A stretch of DNA of 63,216 nucleotides, filler included, from Pelomyxa schiedti (taxonomy: Eukaryota; Protista; Evosea), in NCBI GenBank assembly GCA_020536535.1. It is 15 parts of 15 records of this genome, joined end to end, with 100 filler letters (N's around TTAATTAATTAA, not from the genome) between each part and the next. Parts side by side here need not be neighbours in the genome. Positions count along the whole stretch, not along the records: positions 11,389 to 13,586 come from JAHLWZ010002080.1; positions 13,687 to 28,284 come from JAHLWZ010001167.1; 13 more parts are not named here. One strand, written 5' to 3'. The position numbers and the translations under genes are program-made. Below the pieces are notes generated by a model. It did not search any database and was not told where the DNA came from. It was given only the letters and a program-made list of their open reading frames with translations. Position 1 is the stretch's first letter. Every line of letters begins with the position of its first letter. Shown here in pieces: positions 12,790 through 24,489 of the stretch.

Positions 12790-13466
12790 ACTGGTGTCGA
12801 CCAAAGGAAGCTCGATGCCTCTGAGTATGGGAGTGAATGGCTCTCCCTGGCCTCCACAGTGACTCCAGCACTACAACTCTTCTCGAGGTCAACAAATGAT
12901 ATGAAGGCTCCCCCCTCGCTGCCACTACCCCTCTCTCCGATAAGGACAACTTCATCACCACAAGGATAAAATGGAGAGAACCGTGCTCCATCGTTTCTCG
13001 GTCGCAAGGAGGTGCATCTCACAACAGTTGCGTGGGACGGGCACACGGGCACACCGTTGTTCATCCTGTACACAACCAGGTTCTTCGCTGCATTGACCTT
13101 CACAAGCCACTTTCCGTTGGTTCTCCAAACAGGGTACTTGTCCACCTCCCCGTCACCAAGCGTTGCCACCACGTTCCCCCTGCTGTCGACGACACACGAA
13201 GGTTTCAGCTCATCACACATTAACCTGTCATCACCCACGGTCACTGTGATGCACCCAGACGCCCGATAGTCGAGGCACGTGCACCACACCACGCCAAGTG
13301 TTGCGCTCACACCAATGAACACATTCACCTGCTCGAGGGACCACTCGGGCTCCATCTCATCGGAATCGGCATCGGCACGTGGTACAGGGAGAATGATGGT
13401 GGTGCCGACCTGCCGGCAACAACCGACGACCCAGTCGCGGCCGAACGACTCGCACAGCGCCCGATT
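12790..13466 (-). pseudogene. Family X paralogue, truncated at both ends
   Basis: Aligns with 11633-12778 from NRALCESFGRDWV to LWSTP. The 5' end is replaced by a repeat at 13467; the 3' end abuts the stop of the + strand paralogue. Confidence 0.7.
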
Positions 13467-13586
13467 GTGAAAGTGATGACTTCCCGAAAAAGGGAATCAC
13501 AGAGTCAGCCCTGAGCAACCCTCAGAAGTCGGACCACTTCTGGGAATTCAATGGCACATGACGCTGTGCTGTGCGTCCACTGAATA
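13467..13586 (+). repeat. Short dispersed repeat (SINE/LINE 3'-end-like), copy cut by contig end
   Basis: Matches the reverse complements of 42989-43179 and 37107-37240. Confidence 0.7.
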
Positions 13587-13686
13587 NNNNNNNNNNNNNN
13601 NNNNNNNNNNNNNNNNNNNNNNNNNNNNNNTTAATTAATTAANNNNNNNNNNNNNNNNNNNNNNNNNNNNNNNNNNNNNNNNNNNN

Positions 13687-15200
13687 CGCTGCACTGAAAA
13701 ACAGCATTGGAATTGTTGAAATCAATTTGAACAGCATTGGAATTGCTGAACTTAGCAGCAGGCCTAGGAGAGCCAATTAGTTATTTGTTTTGGAGTGCAG
13801 GAAGGAACCTGTGGTGTTGAGGAGGTTGTCTTGTCCAGTTTGGACAAGAAGGAAAACTTGTCATTGGACGACCCTATACTAGACTGCATGCACCATTTCG
13901 TGATGGATGCACAGCCTGAGAGATCTGCACCAAGCCAGAATCTATGAGCCAACATTCATATCATCTGGAGGCACCAGAATCTTCTGCATGAAGTTAATTT
14001 GGCATCTCTGAAGAGAATGGTGTTACCTTGCTCAAATCAAGATGTCCTGAGGAATTTCTGGCAATTCTGACACCAAGTCTGCACACAGCATAGGTGCAAA
14101 TTCGAGAACAGCACTGCACACACAGGAGGCACCTGGAAGCGTGGGAAATGCTAAAACGCCAGCAAGGAAACCAAGGCAAGGAAGCCACAATTGCATATAT
14201 TCACCAAGCAAGGAAATTGCTCAAAATCCTTCATTTTCAAATTGGACCTATTTCTTGAGTTAGAGGAAATCTCTGAGGAGCTGAACATACCTATATTTGT
14301 CAAGAATCTGAAGCTCATCAACGAGAGCACTGCAAGCAATCTAGCACTTGCTCTAGGACCGCCATGAGCAAGAATAATCTGAGGTGGCCAACACATCATT
14401 TCCAAGCATCTGCACAAGCGCTGGACACTGCAATGCACAAGTGAGATCAATATATACTCTTATGGAAATTGCACATACCTGGAAAAGCAAATGCTGCAAG
14501 CCAGACACTGTTCAATTCAGCTGAGAGCAGCAAGCAAATCATTGTCAACGCCAAGGCAATGGCATCTATCTGTATCTTATGTACTTATACAAAGGGTAGG
14601 AGCAAACCTAATTCAGCAAAACGCAAGAAGCACATCAGCACAGCTCAAGGCATGCTAGAGCATTCAAGCTGCACAAGCTAGGAGCAGTTGGCAACAACAG
14701 CAGTCTTTGCTATCTTCGCCATGAGTAAGAAATCATCTTATGGAAAATGGAACCATACCTGGGAACAATTCATGCTTGCAATTCATTCAAGCTAGAAGCT
14801 GGCAGCGCAGACTTCAAGGAGAACACCCAGACCAAGCACTGCAAGGAGCAGACAGCATCCCAACAACTGCAGAACGAATTGGCAAGTCAGCTTCAAAGTC
14901 ACTTCAAGCCTGGAAATGTAATCAGCCCAATTTCAAGAGTCCCTTGTTCTGTCAAAAGTCAGATGCAGAACAGCAACTATTATGGACTTACCTAAAGGCT
15001 CTAGGCATGCATACAGAGCACTTTCTGAGGTGCAGGAGATATCAGCATCAATCCTTATGACACACCTGTGTGCTGTCGCCAAGAGGAAATTCATGTGGTG
15101 ATGCAAGGCAATTTATCTTAGGAGTGATAAGGTAGTAGCTAAGGAAGAATTGACACACCTGAGCATGCATTGAGCACTGGTGGAAATGAGGAGCATTCTC
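13687..15200 (+). mobile_element. Decayed retroelement remnant, probably DIRS-like
   Basis: LHIPGKANAA at 14469 resembles the RNase H HIPGxxN motif. 14238-14380 recurs at 22041-22185 and, inverted, at ~24800-24890. Many stops. Confidence 0.5.
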
Positions 15201-15219
15201 CTGGGGCAAAGGTGCTGTA

Positions 15220-15445
15220 AACGAAAAAGAAACAGAACGGAAAGGAAGAAACAGAAAGGAACGATACGGAAAGGAAAGAAACAGAAAGGAACGAAACGGA
15301 AAGGAAAGGAAAGAAACAGAAAGGAACGAAACGGAAAGGAAAAGAAAGAAACAGAAAGGAAAGGAACGGAACGGAACGAAACAAAACGGCAACACGAAAC
15401 AATGAAACGACGAAACGAAACGAAACTACAAACGAAACGAAACCT
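15220..15445. repeat. Purine-rich low-complexity tandem repeat (GAAA/CGAAA/GGAAA units)
   Basis: Directly visible. Confidence 0.9.
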
Positions 15446-15499
15446 TGTGTCGCTTATCCGGATGTCCCCACACACCGGCACCATCAAAAAACGAAAATG

Positions 15500-17200
15500 T
15501 TTTTTCAGGAATTTAACCCCTCGAGTGTCAACAGTTCACCAGAACCTGCCAGATCTTTGCAACAAACAAGCAAGAATGTTGTCTTAGTTGTTGGGTTGTA
15601 GAACTTCTTTACTTTCCAGCCATATACCAAAGCTGTACCAAAAGACCATTGAAGAATACTCTGCGCTGGTGTTATTATGATGACTGCGAAAAAAGTCGCG
15701 GCAAGCTTGCCATTGGAACCTTGTGTTGGGAGCTGGTTACCACTGGCGCCGCAGCAACGGATGCTGCCGTCCAGGTGCCCACGGCATCCCCAGCCACCAC
15801 CCCAACGCCAACGCGCCGGCCATAGCTCCCCGGCAGCCTCTGGCCGACCGTGGCCTGCACTGGCGTGGTGATCCCAGAAGAAAGTGCCAGATTGTTCCCA
15901 CTAACCAGCTGGTTTTTCTGGGTCGCAGTACTTATGGGAACGGTTTCCCATTTTTGAAGCCCGTCAGCTACTGCCAGAAAAAAGCTTACTGTTCCGTTCT
16001 AGACTCCTATGGGACTTCCGCAGCAGTACCGCTGTGCAATAATGGACGGAGCACGGGATAAAAAAATGGGAAACCCACACCCACGCCCACATCTGAGTGA
16101 ACGCTACTTATTGTATGTTGTATGTTGTATGTTGTTTGTTGGCTGTCACTTGCTGTTGCTGTTCAAAATGATTTGCTGTTTTTTGTGGGTTTGTGGTTGC
16201 GTTTTATTAAATGTGGGAATCCTGCTTCCTTATGTTGTATTTATGTTTGTCTTTAATCCTGTACTGCACTCCTTGGCAAGAAAGTGAATAATGTTTCCTT
16301 TAGCGGAGAATCCAAGCAAGCTTAAAAGGTAAACTATAGGAACTTAGAACAGCATTGTATAAAGTTCCTGTACCATTGTTGGTTGCATGGGTACACTATA
16401 ACAAGGATGAGTAAACTTTGGGAGAGGAACTTGTATTTATCTGGCCACTGAGTTAGGTTGTATGACAACAATAAGCAAGTTGTTACCGATGCTCGCTCAA
16501 TCCAGTGTGGAAATGATGGGGCATCTAATAGCCGGCAAATATTTCCGAAATGACAAAGGCGGCAATGCTAGATTGAAATTATCTAAAGCTGCGTATTATT
16601 AGACAACTGTGCCTATGCATTGTATTTATTGAGTGTTTTATTAACCAGTTAACGCCGTTGAAACACATAGAAATTTTCAGGTTTTACCTGATAGATATGT
16701 CTTTTTTCGAGTGGGAATTGCTGAGCTCAAAGGGATTTTCGGAAGAGTGACAATAATATATTAATAGCTATTATATAGACCAGAATCTGGCACAAAGTCA
16801 GTGTGGAATCTCTGAAGAGAATGGCATTAACTAACCTGAAGAATCTGCACCAAGTCACCATGTGGAAATGGTTCTGCAATTGGATGAGTCCTTGCACAAC
16901 TGGGAGTTGAGTCAGTAAAACCAAAGCCAATGTTCAGCGCAATGTTTATTGGGAATAGTGCCAACATGGTGCTAAAACATCGCTGCTGCTGGCCCCCCAC
17001 ATCTGATTGAATATATCTGCGTTTTGTTAGCAGTTAATGTGTTGAAGTACTGGTTCACTGCACCGGAAATGGCAAATTCTTGTTGAACATGGCACAGGCA
17101 GAGATGTGGGAATGGGGTTTCTTAGAGAAATGAGCTATATTTTAAAAGAACAACTGTTTCAAACCTTGGAAGGGTCTGGTTATGTCTTTAAGTAATTCTG
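15500..17200 (+). mobile_element. Decayed DIRS-like reverse transcriptase/RNase H
   Basis: YYDD at 15673, then GVVIPEE/KCQIVPTNQLVFLG (~15865-15923, frameshifted), then VVTDA at ~16480. The order matches DIRS RT-RH. Confidence 0.6.
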
Positions 17201-17335
17201 AACCGCCCAGTGTGCAAATGATGCCGAGATGGGACAATCAAGCTTCAAAGGCCAGAAGAAGCTTAGAAGTGTGTCATGGGGAGAACTACCTGAGGAATTC
17301 GAGAGAATGCCAGACTGCGATTCATCCGTCAATCA

Positions 17336-19063
17336 TTACACAAGGTGTTTGTCCGGCGTGGTGTCATCGTGGCCCGCCAGCCGACGCTGTAGTAAGTGAG
17401 GCGGGTTACGTCGGGAGCGAGGTGGCAACGTCGTCGTCGAGGCGAGTCGTTGGAAACCTTCGTGATAAAGGCACCCAACGGTGCGGACCTTGTGCACCTC
17501 CCACCTTTTTTGATGTGGTTCTTGCTGTTGTGTGGTCACATGGCACAGTGAGTGATGTTGTTGCGTGTGTTGTGCAAAGGCAGCACAGCCAAAGACCTGC
17601 TGCCTGGGACTTGGGGTCAAGTACCAACATGATCAGTGACCAAGAAACACATGTGCCAGGACGTGTTCTAAAATCACTGCAACACACTCCTCGTTTTTCT
17701 CCCACCAACAACAAAAGCATAGTCACACACGACGTTCAGAACAAAACCCAGCCCCCCCCAAAGTTTTTTTCATTCAAGCCTCCTTCCTCCTGGCAAGTGT
17801 GTGGTGCTTTGTGAGTCCCAGACTGCGAATGGATACAGTGGTGTGGAGTGGTGACATGAAAACAAACGGCATGAAGTGCTCCTTGGCAAACTCGGCTGTA
17901 ATTTTGTATCAACCACTTGACCACCTTTCCTGACTGTACATGGCGTGTGCATGACAGACCACTGGATATTTTGTGAGCCTGGAACCCACCACCTTCTGAA
18001 GACACGCAGTGCATGGTCTGTGACAGGCTCCACGCTTCCACAGCACAGGTCACTGTGTACACTCTGTAACACCTGGCTGCAGGGAAGGTGTCCAGCAATG
18101 CCCCAAACTCATGTGGCTTTTTACGAAGAAGATTCACAGTTTTTGCACTGATGTTTGTGGTGGAAACCCTGGTTATCGTGAGTGCTTGAACAATACATTC
18201 TTGAAGGTCTTTGGCTGGAGATGTTGCTGTCATCGACAGGATGAACTTCACTGTTTCCACATTGTCTTTCTCGTTTCTGCATGCTGAAACTAAATCTCGA
18301 GGAGTGACTGGGTACAATTCCGTGATGATTGAGCTCACAATTTCCTCATCAGCAAGGCACCTTGTTGCATGCTTCATCAGCTCTTGGTTGGCTCTGATGT
18401 CAAATTACTCAACACCCACTTAAAACCTTTGGAACTCCTGCCTGACACTCAACAAGCGGGCATCAATTGGAACCCCAAAAGTACCCTTGATCCATTGGCA
18501 CCCTTCCTCGAACTCGATGTCGTTCCTCTGCTGTGCCAGCTCCATGTATTTTCGAAGTATTCCACATCCCAAAGTTGGAATTCTGTCTGCACCAATAAAC
18601 CACTCCATGCACATCTTCACAACCTCCACACTCGCGCTGCCAAAGAGGTCCTCCTGTGTCAGCAGTGCATCTCTGCAAGCAGCCAAAGCGCAAGTTGTGG
18701 ATGACAACCACTTCACAATGTCAACATGACCCCGTTTCACAGCACACAGGAATGGTTGGACGAGTTCCCAGTCCTCAGTGCCAACGCGGCTGAACCTCGA
18801 CATCACCCACTTGACAGTTTCCAAGCTCCCACCCCAGCAAGCCTCAAACAAAACGCTGTGGCATGTCTCGCTCATTTCGCTGATTGAATCAGCCACATCA
18901 AGGTTGTCTCTAGGCCACCTCAGTGACTTGAAGTAAGAAGAAGCCCTCGGGTCCAGGAGTTCCTGTGCCACATTCAAGTGTCCTCCTGTTTTTATCAGTG
19001 GGATAAAAGTGGTGTTTCACACACATTTACATTGAGCACAAATAAAACGGGACCAAGTGCAGT

Positions 19064-19128
<65 letters not shown>

Positions 19129-19636
19129 CATACCAGCACAGAGTCCTTTGAGTACAGTGAGGCACTCCTTGGCGTTGTTCCTCGTTATGACGGCGTGTCC
19201 CACAATCCATTCCGCGCACCTCTTGCTCCCTGCAAGACCAGCGCACCTCAGCCCAAAGTACCGCGACGTGTGCATCACTTCCTCCGTTCCACGTCCGCCC
19301 CCGCCGCCCCAGTCATCGTCACCGTTGTCGTGCTCCGCCGTGCCGGCACCAGCACCCATAACTGCTCTGCAGGCGAGGTGTACGAGCGGAAAAAGAGCTT
19401 CGGCGAGGGCCATCGGCGCCACGCAGTCGCCGACACGCCACTGGGGAACGACGTCGCGCCAGACCGCCAGCGACACCCTGACGATGTGCCCTTTGCACCC
19501 CCGTAGTTGTTGTTGCGTCTCCTGCTTCCAAATCGGCGTCGATGGGCGCTGCTGCCACACGAGACGACGACGCATCACTCAATGTTGTTGTTGCAACTAA
19601 TCCACTTCCGCAACAACGGAAATCGCTGATGTCCAT
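17336..19636 (-). pseudogene. Family Y degenerate ankyrin-like repeat protein, frameshifted
   Basis: Motifs VSLAVWRDVV, AEALFPLV..AC, GLCAGGHL and ACWGGSLETVKW. One intron at 18986-19133; frame changes near 18420 and 17750. Confidence 0.7.
19069..19125. repeat. (CA)n microsatellite within an intron
   Basis: About 28 perfect CA units. Confidence 0.95.
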
Positions 19637-19897
19637 GCTGGTTCCAACGCATCCCAGTGGGGCAAAAAGTGACAGGTTCTTTCCAGTTCACAGAAACCTC
19701 CCAGTCTGATCGTTGTCAGTCGCTAGCACAAGCGAACCGGATCGCTACACTCTGTTGGTCACTGCACCCGATTACGTCCCCCGGCCGTGAGAGAAATTTC
19801 AATTAAAACAGGGAAAAACAAATAACCATCACGAGAGTTTGTTTGGCAGTGTTCCAGGGGTTTGGCAGTGGTTTTGTGTATGGATTGGGGGTTTGGG

Positions 19898-22040
19898 TTA
19901 TATCCTGGACTTCTTCTTCTTTGTGGACTGGACGATGGTGATCTTCTTCCTCTTCTTGCCGGCTCCGGCGGCGCTGGCGCTTGCGGCGGCGGCAGCGGCG
20001 TCGGCTGCGGCGGAGTCCTGGGCCTCGATGGCGACGCCGAGGGGCAGCTGGTCCTTCATGCCGGGGCCGCTCAGCACGATGTGGGGCTGGTGCGACGCCC
20101 GCTGCACGCGGCGCATGGCGTCCACAGAGGCCAGGGGTGTGTCCGTGGAGCTGCTGCGTTTGCGGGCAAGTTCTTCCTGAATTGCCAATCAGTAATTTGT
20201 TGTGTCTTGTGAGTTGTGGTGATGCAATGTAATTTGATGCGGTGCGGTGCGGTGCGGAGTGCTGTGATGCGGCTGTGCCATTGGTAATTGTAATTTGTGG
20301 AGTGGAATGGAATTGCGGTGATGCGGTCGAGTGGATTGAATACCTGGTATTTGCGGAGTGCTTTGTCCAGCTTGTTCTTGCCGGGGCATTTGCCATGGAA
20401 CTTGTAGGAGAGGCGCCTGAAAGCTTCTTTGGGGGTAAGGACACGGCCTTGTGGGAAATTAGTTTGGGAGGGATGAAGAAAAGTGGTGGAAAACACACCG
20501 AATTCATCTGTGTATTCTAGTCTGATATTGGGAGCAGGGTCATCTGTTTTGGTAAGTGTCAAAACGTGATCTTTAGCTCTGCCGGCATAGTTCACAAGAT
20601 CGTGCTCATCTGCTACAACACCTCGTCGTTGAAGCATTCGTATAGTGGCACCAACTCCTGATGAAACAAGCGGCTCATCCTATATAAAATGTCACAAGGA
20701 CACAAGTCACAACACCAAATGCTATGGGTGAGGGTGAGATATCAATATTATTTATAGAAGTGGTGTACCTCTAATGGATTGGCCTCGTTTTCTTCTTCAC
20801 TTGATGACTCTTCCTTAACTTCTTCGAATTCCTGTTCACCTCCATCAACAACAGTCTTCCACCTACTCTGAAGATCCTGTGGCTTCTCTGTATCAGGTTC
20901 TTCTTCCTTTTTCACAACCACTGGCTCTTGTACTGAAGTCTTCGGAATTTCTGATGATGATGTGGTTGTTGTACTTGTAGTTGTAGTTGTGGTTGCAGTG
21001 GCAGTGGTTTGTGTGGTACTTGGAACCTCTTCTGCCGCCGGCTCTTCAGGCTTTACAGCAGAAGCCGGCAGACTTCTGCAAAATTCCCCAATTTGGGTCA
21101 GAACCAAGTCCGATGTGAGGGAATTGGCAGGAACACTCTCACTCTCAACTTTAATTCCAACACGGTCCACGATATCTGTTTCTGAACGTGGGAGCTTCTT
21201 GGATTCTGTGAACTTGAGTTGTCTTGCTCTCATGATAGACTCAAATAAATCACCATCATCTTCCACAACATCATCGTCCTTTTCCCCACCTTTCTCTAAT
21301 TCCTCCCCCTCTTCAACTCCTTGGGTCATCCCAACATCCCCTTTATCTCTGCTTTCTGAAAGCAGCATATTATATTGCAACTTGATTTTTGCTTCCTGCT
21401 CTGCTTTGTTTACAGCACGGGCGTAGGCCTTGTCCCTTTCCTCTTGTTCAATTCTTTCATCCTCCCGTATGGCACGCAGTGCTTGTTCTGATCTTTTCCT
21501 GTGGCTTCCATGGTCCCGACTGCTGCTGTGAACACCGGCAACAGCGGCAGCAATCTCCGCATCTCTTTCAGCTTTAGTTGATGACGATTTGGATGGTGCT
21601 GGAGGAGGAGTCTTTTCTGTTGTGGGAGAAGGCGGCTCTTCTTTGACCTTGATTTTCTTTCTTCTTGCAGCCATTGCTGATGTTTTCTTCGGTTTTCGGA
21701 ACTTGGCAATTTCTTCACTGGTGTAGTAATCAGAAGCTATTTTGGAGCTGGAGTCAAGAGACACAATAGGCAGTGATGGTGATCCGCCCGACGATGCTCC
21801 TAATGCAGTCTGCTTTTGGGTCAGCTGTCCAATTGTGTAGACGGGAGCTGCTGGCCGTTCATCATACTGTGGCAAAACTGTATTTGCACCTGTGAGCTCC
21901 TCGTATGCTGGCTTGTGTGGTTTGGACTCTTCAATTGCGCGCACCCTTCTTTCTTCCTCCGCGAGTGACACATTTTCCAACAGATCCCCTTTTGGTCGAT
22001 CTTGATTGCCAACATCATCCTTGTCCAGTTTGTCGCTGTC
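19898..22040 (-). CDS. SART1: U4/U6.U5 tri-snRNP protein SART1/Snu66, C-terminal portion, multi-exon
   Basis: Motifs LENV, VLPQYDE, DYYTSEEIAKFRKPKK, DEPLVSSGVGATI, EYTDEFG, LTPKEAFRRLSYKFHGKCPGKNK and PHIVLSG. Confidence 0.9.
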
Positions 22041-22930
22041 AAATCGGACCTATTTCTTGAGTTAGAAGAAAGCTCTGAGGAACTGAACATACTTGCTATT
22101 TGCCAAGAATCTGATGAAGCTCAGCAACGAGAGCACTGGCTGGCAATCTAGCACTTGCTCTAGGACCGCCATGAGCAAGAACATTCTGAGGCGTTGTTCA
22201 TTCTTCATCCAAGACAGCTGCAAGCCAGATGCGCAAGGACAGAGGAGATCATACAGACCAATCACTGCAATGAGCATACAGCCATCCTAACAACTGGCAG
22301 AACGAATTGGCAACACCAGGTGCACCCTTCTCTCTGCCGTGGCCATCACCTCCTCGTCTCCCATTCTAGCTTTGCCCCCGGACGTCAACGCGGCACCCGA
22401 GTCGGCGCCAGCGTCGGCATCCAATCGAAGTGGCCAACATGGAGCCGGCAGACAGAATATCTCAGCTGGAAATTCCACATCTGCAGAAACGATGTGGTGT
22501 ATGCAATGCCAGGGAAGACCCTGTTTCGTTTCGTCCAAGACAAGGCTGAGCAGAAGGAAAATGTCCTGGATTGGAGGTGAATATTGGGTGATAATTAAGG
22601 CAAAAAAAACCAGTGGAGCTCACACGTTTCTGGGGGACTGGTGTGCACAGTCACCTGCCAGTCTGAATCTGGGAGAGAGACTTCAACATGCTTTTCAACT
22701 GGCACTTTGGCAGCATGCATCTTGCAAAAAGGATTAGCGTGGAAATGATGGACTCCGGCATACGAACGCAGGAATGCCAGATATGAATTTGAATTCAAAG
22801 CATCCAAAGCTATGTATTATCAGAACAACTCTGCTTATTCATTTCGTTTGTATTTATTTATTTGTTGTTTTATTGGCTTATATTGGCGTTTTATTAACCA
22901 GTTATTGCTGGTTCCACACATAAAATAACT
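22041..22930 (+). mobile_element. Decayed retroelement fragments
   Basis: 22041-22185 is homologous to 14238-14380; 22735-22930 is homologous to 16500-16680. Confidence 0.6.
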
Positions 22931-24489
22931 TGAACAAAAGTGTTACAATGTAATAATAGCATAAGCACCGAATTGGTGGAGCCATGTTTTCATTGTGTGG
23001 GAAAGAATGTGCAGTCCCAGGGCTTGCGACATGGGTCTCCCCTCGCAGCAGTCATCAATTTATTTGACGTTTTGTCAATAACGAAAGATGTAACTCCACT
23101 GCGCGCTGCCGCCGGGCAACAAAATCGGGATTCGTTTTCGTTTCGTTCGACACGTAAAAACTGAACGCAAAAAAAAAGTTGGCATGTGGTGGTGATGGGG
23201 CACACAGATAAGAGAAACAAAGGTTTGTTGTTGTTGTTTTGGTTTTCCTTTCGTTTCGGGTTTTTTTTTCCCTCTATTCCTTTGGTGTGTGGTCCATGTC
23301 TTTTTAACTTTTTCTTTAGCCACTTGTTCTCTCATCCTCTCTTTTTATTCTCAACCCACTCAGCAAATAATAGGTGCCACAACTGCCGAATTGAGCAAAC
23401 ACCAAGGCCCGACTTCTACTCACCTTCATTCCCGCTTCACTTCCCTCCACACCTCTCCCTCTATCTCACACTCCAATCCTGCTCTCCACCACTCTCTTGG
23501 TTCCTTCACCGCCACTGCCCGGCAACTTACAACGTAAAGAGTGCAAAGGCAACGTTGGGAGCGATAGAGCGAGGTTGGCGAGGTTTGATGCAACACAACA
23601 ACATCGGGAGTGGATACAGTGGCATCACTGGGGATAAGGTGAGGCTGCGAGTGAGTCAGCAGCGATGTTTTTAGTGAGTCAGCAACATCAGGAGCCCTCA
23701 TAACTGCCAGCTCATTTCCGAAATCATCACCAAGGTCATTGCCTTCCGTTATAATATAAAGCATTTAAACGCACATAGATCCCAAAAAAATTACACTCAG
23801 TGGAAGAAAGAGCAGGAGAGGATACAGAGACAAGCAGCAAGAAAATTCCATGGCTTATTTTTTCTTTTCTTTTTTCCACTTTATGTGACCTTGATCAGAC
23901 TCTGCTTGCTGATATCTGTGCACATTGCACATTTGCCATAGCTTTGGCCACCAGCAACGCAAAGTATGATGACGATGATCTGATCTCCACTCACTCACCT
24001 TCCCAACCACAAAAAAAAGGCCAGGTTGTGTGGTGGCACTGAACCAGAAACAGGGGAAGGAAAGAAAGAGTGTGGGGGGAAGCGGCTTGTGGCGGGGGCT
24101 ACCGAAACCGCCAGAGATCCGCCAAAAACGAAAAATTTGGATAAGGAAGGGGACGCTTTCGTGCGCGTACTACTTGTGGTTCACTGTTCCTTCCACTTGC
24201 CATCATCCCCCCCTCTCTTCCTCTTCACCTTTTGGAAACTCCCAGGACAACAAGGTGAATATTTCCCAACTTGCAATTTTCTTTATGTTTGACTCTCGCA
24301 CTCCCTTTCCACACACACATTCAGGGTTTTTTTTTTTTGTTGTTATTGTCAGTTCCATTGGGGGTTTTTCCCCCACCTACTCTCAGCCAGCTTGGTGGCT
24401 TTACAGCACTATCACTTTGGCTTCTTGCAGCCAAGTATCCCCCAAATGTGGGTACACTGTATCCTGTTGTGTTCTTCTAATCCGATTTT

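Noticed and set aside
13472-13515. Box C/D snoRNA (GTGATGA...CTGA)
   Set aside because: Only ~40 nt long, and box C is absent from the homologous repeat copy at 43.1 kb.
15048-15587. F/S-rich and K/R-rich ORFs
   Set aside because: These are translations of a low-complexity GAAA repeat.
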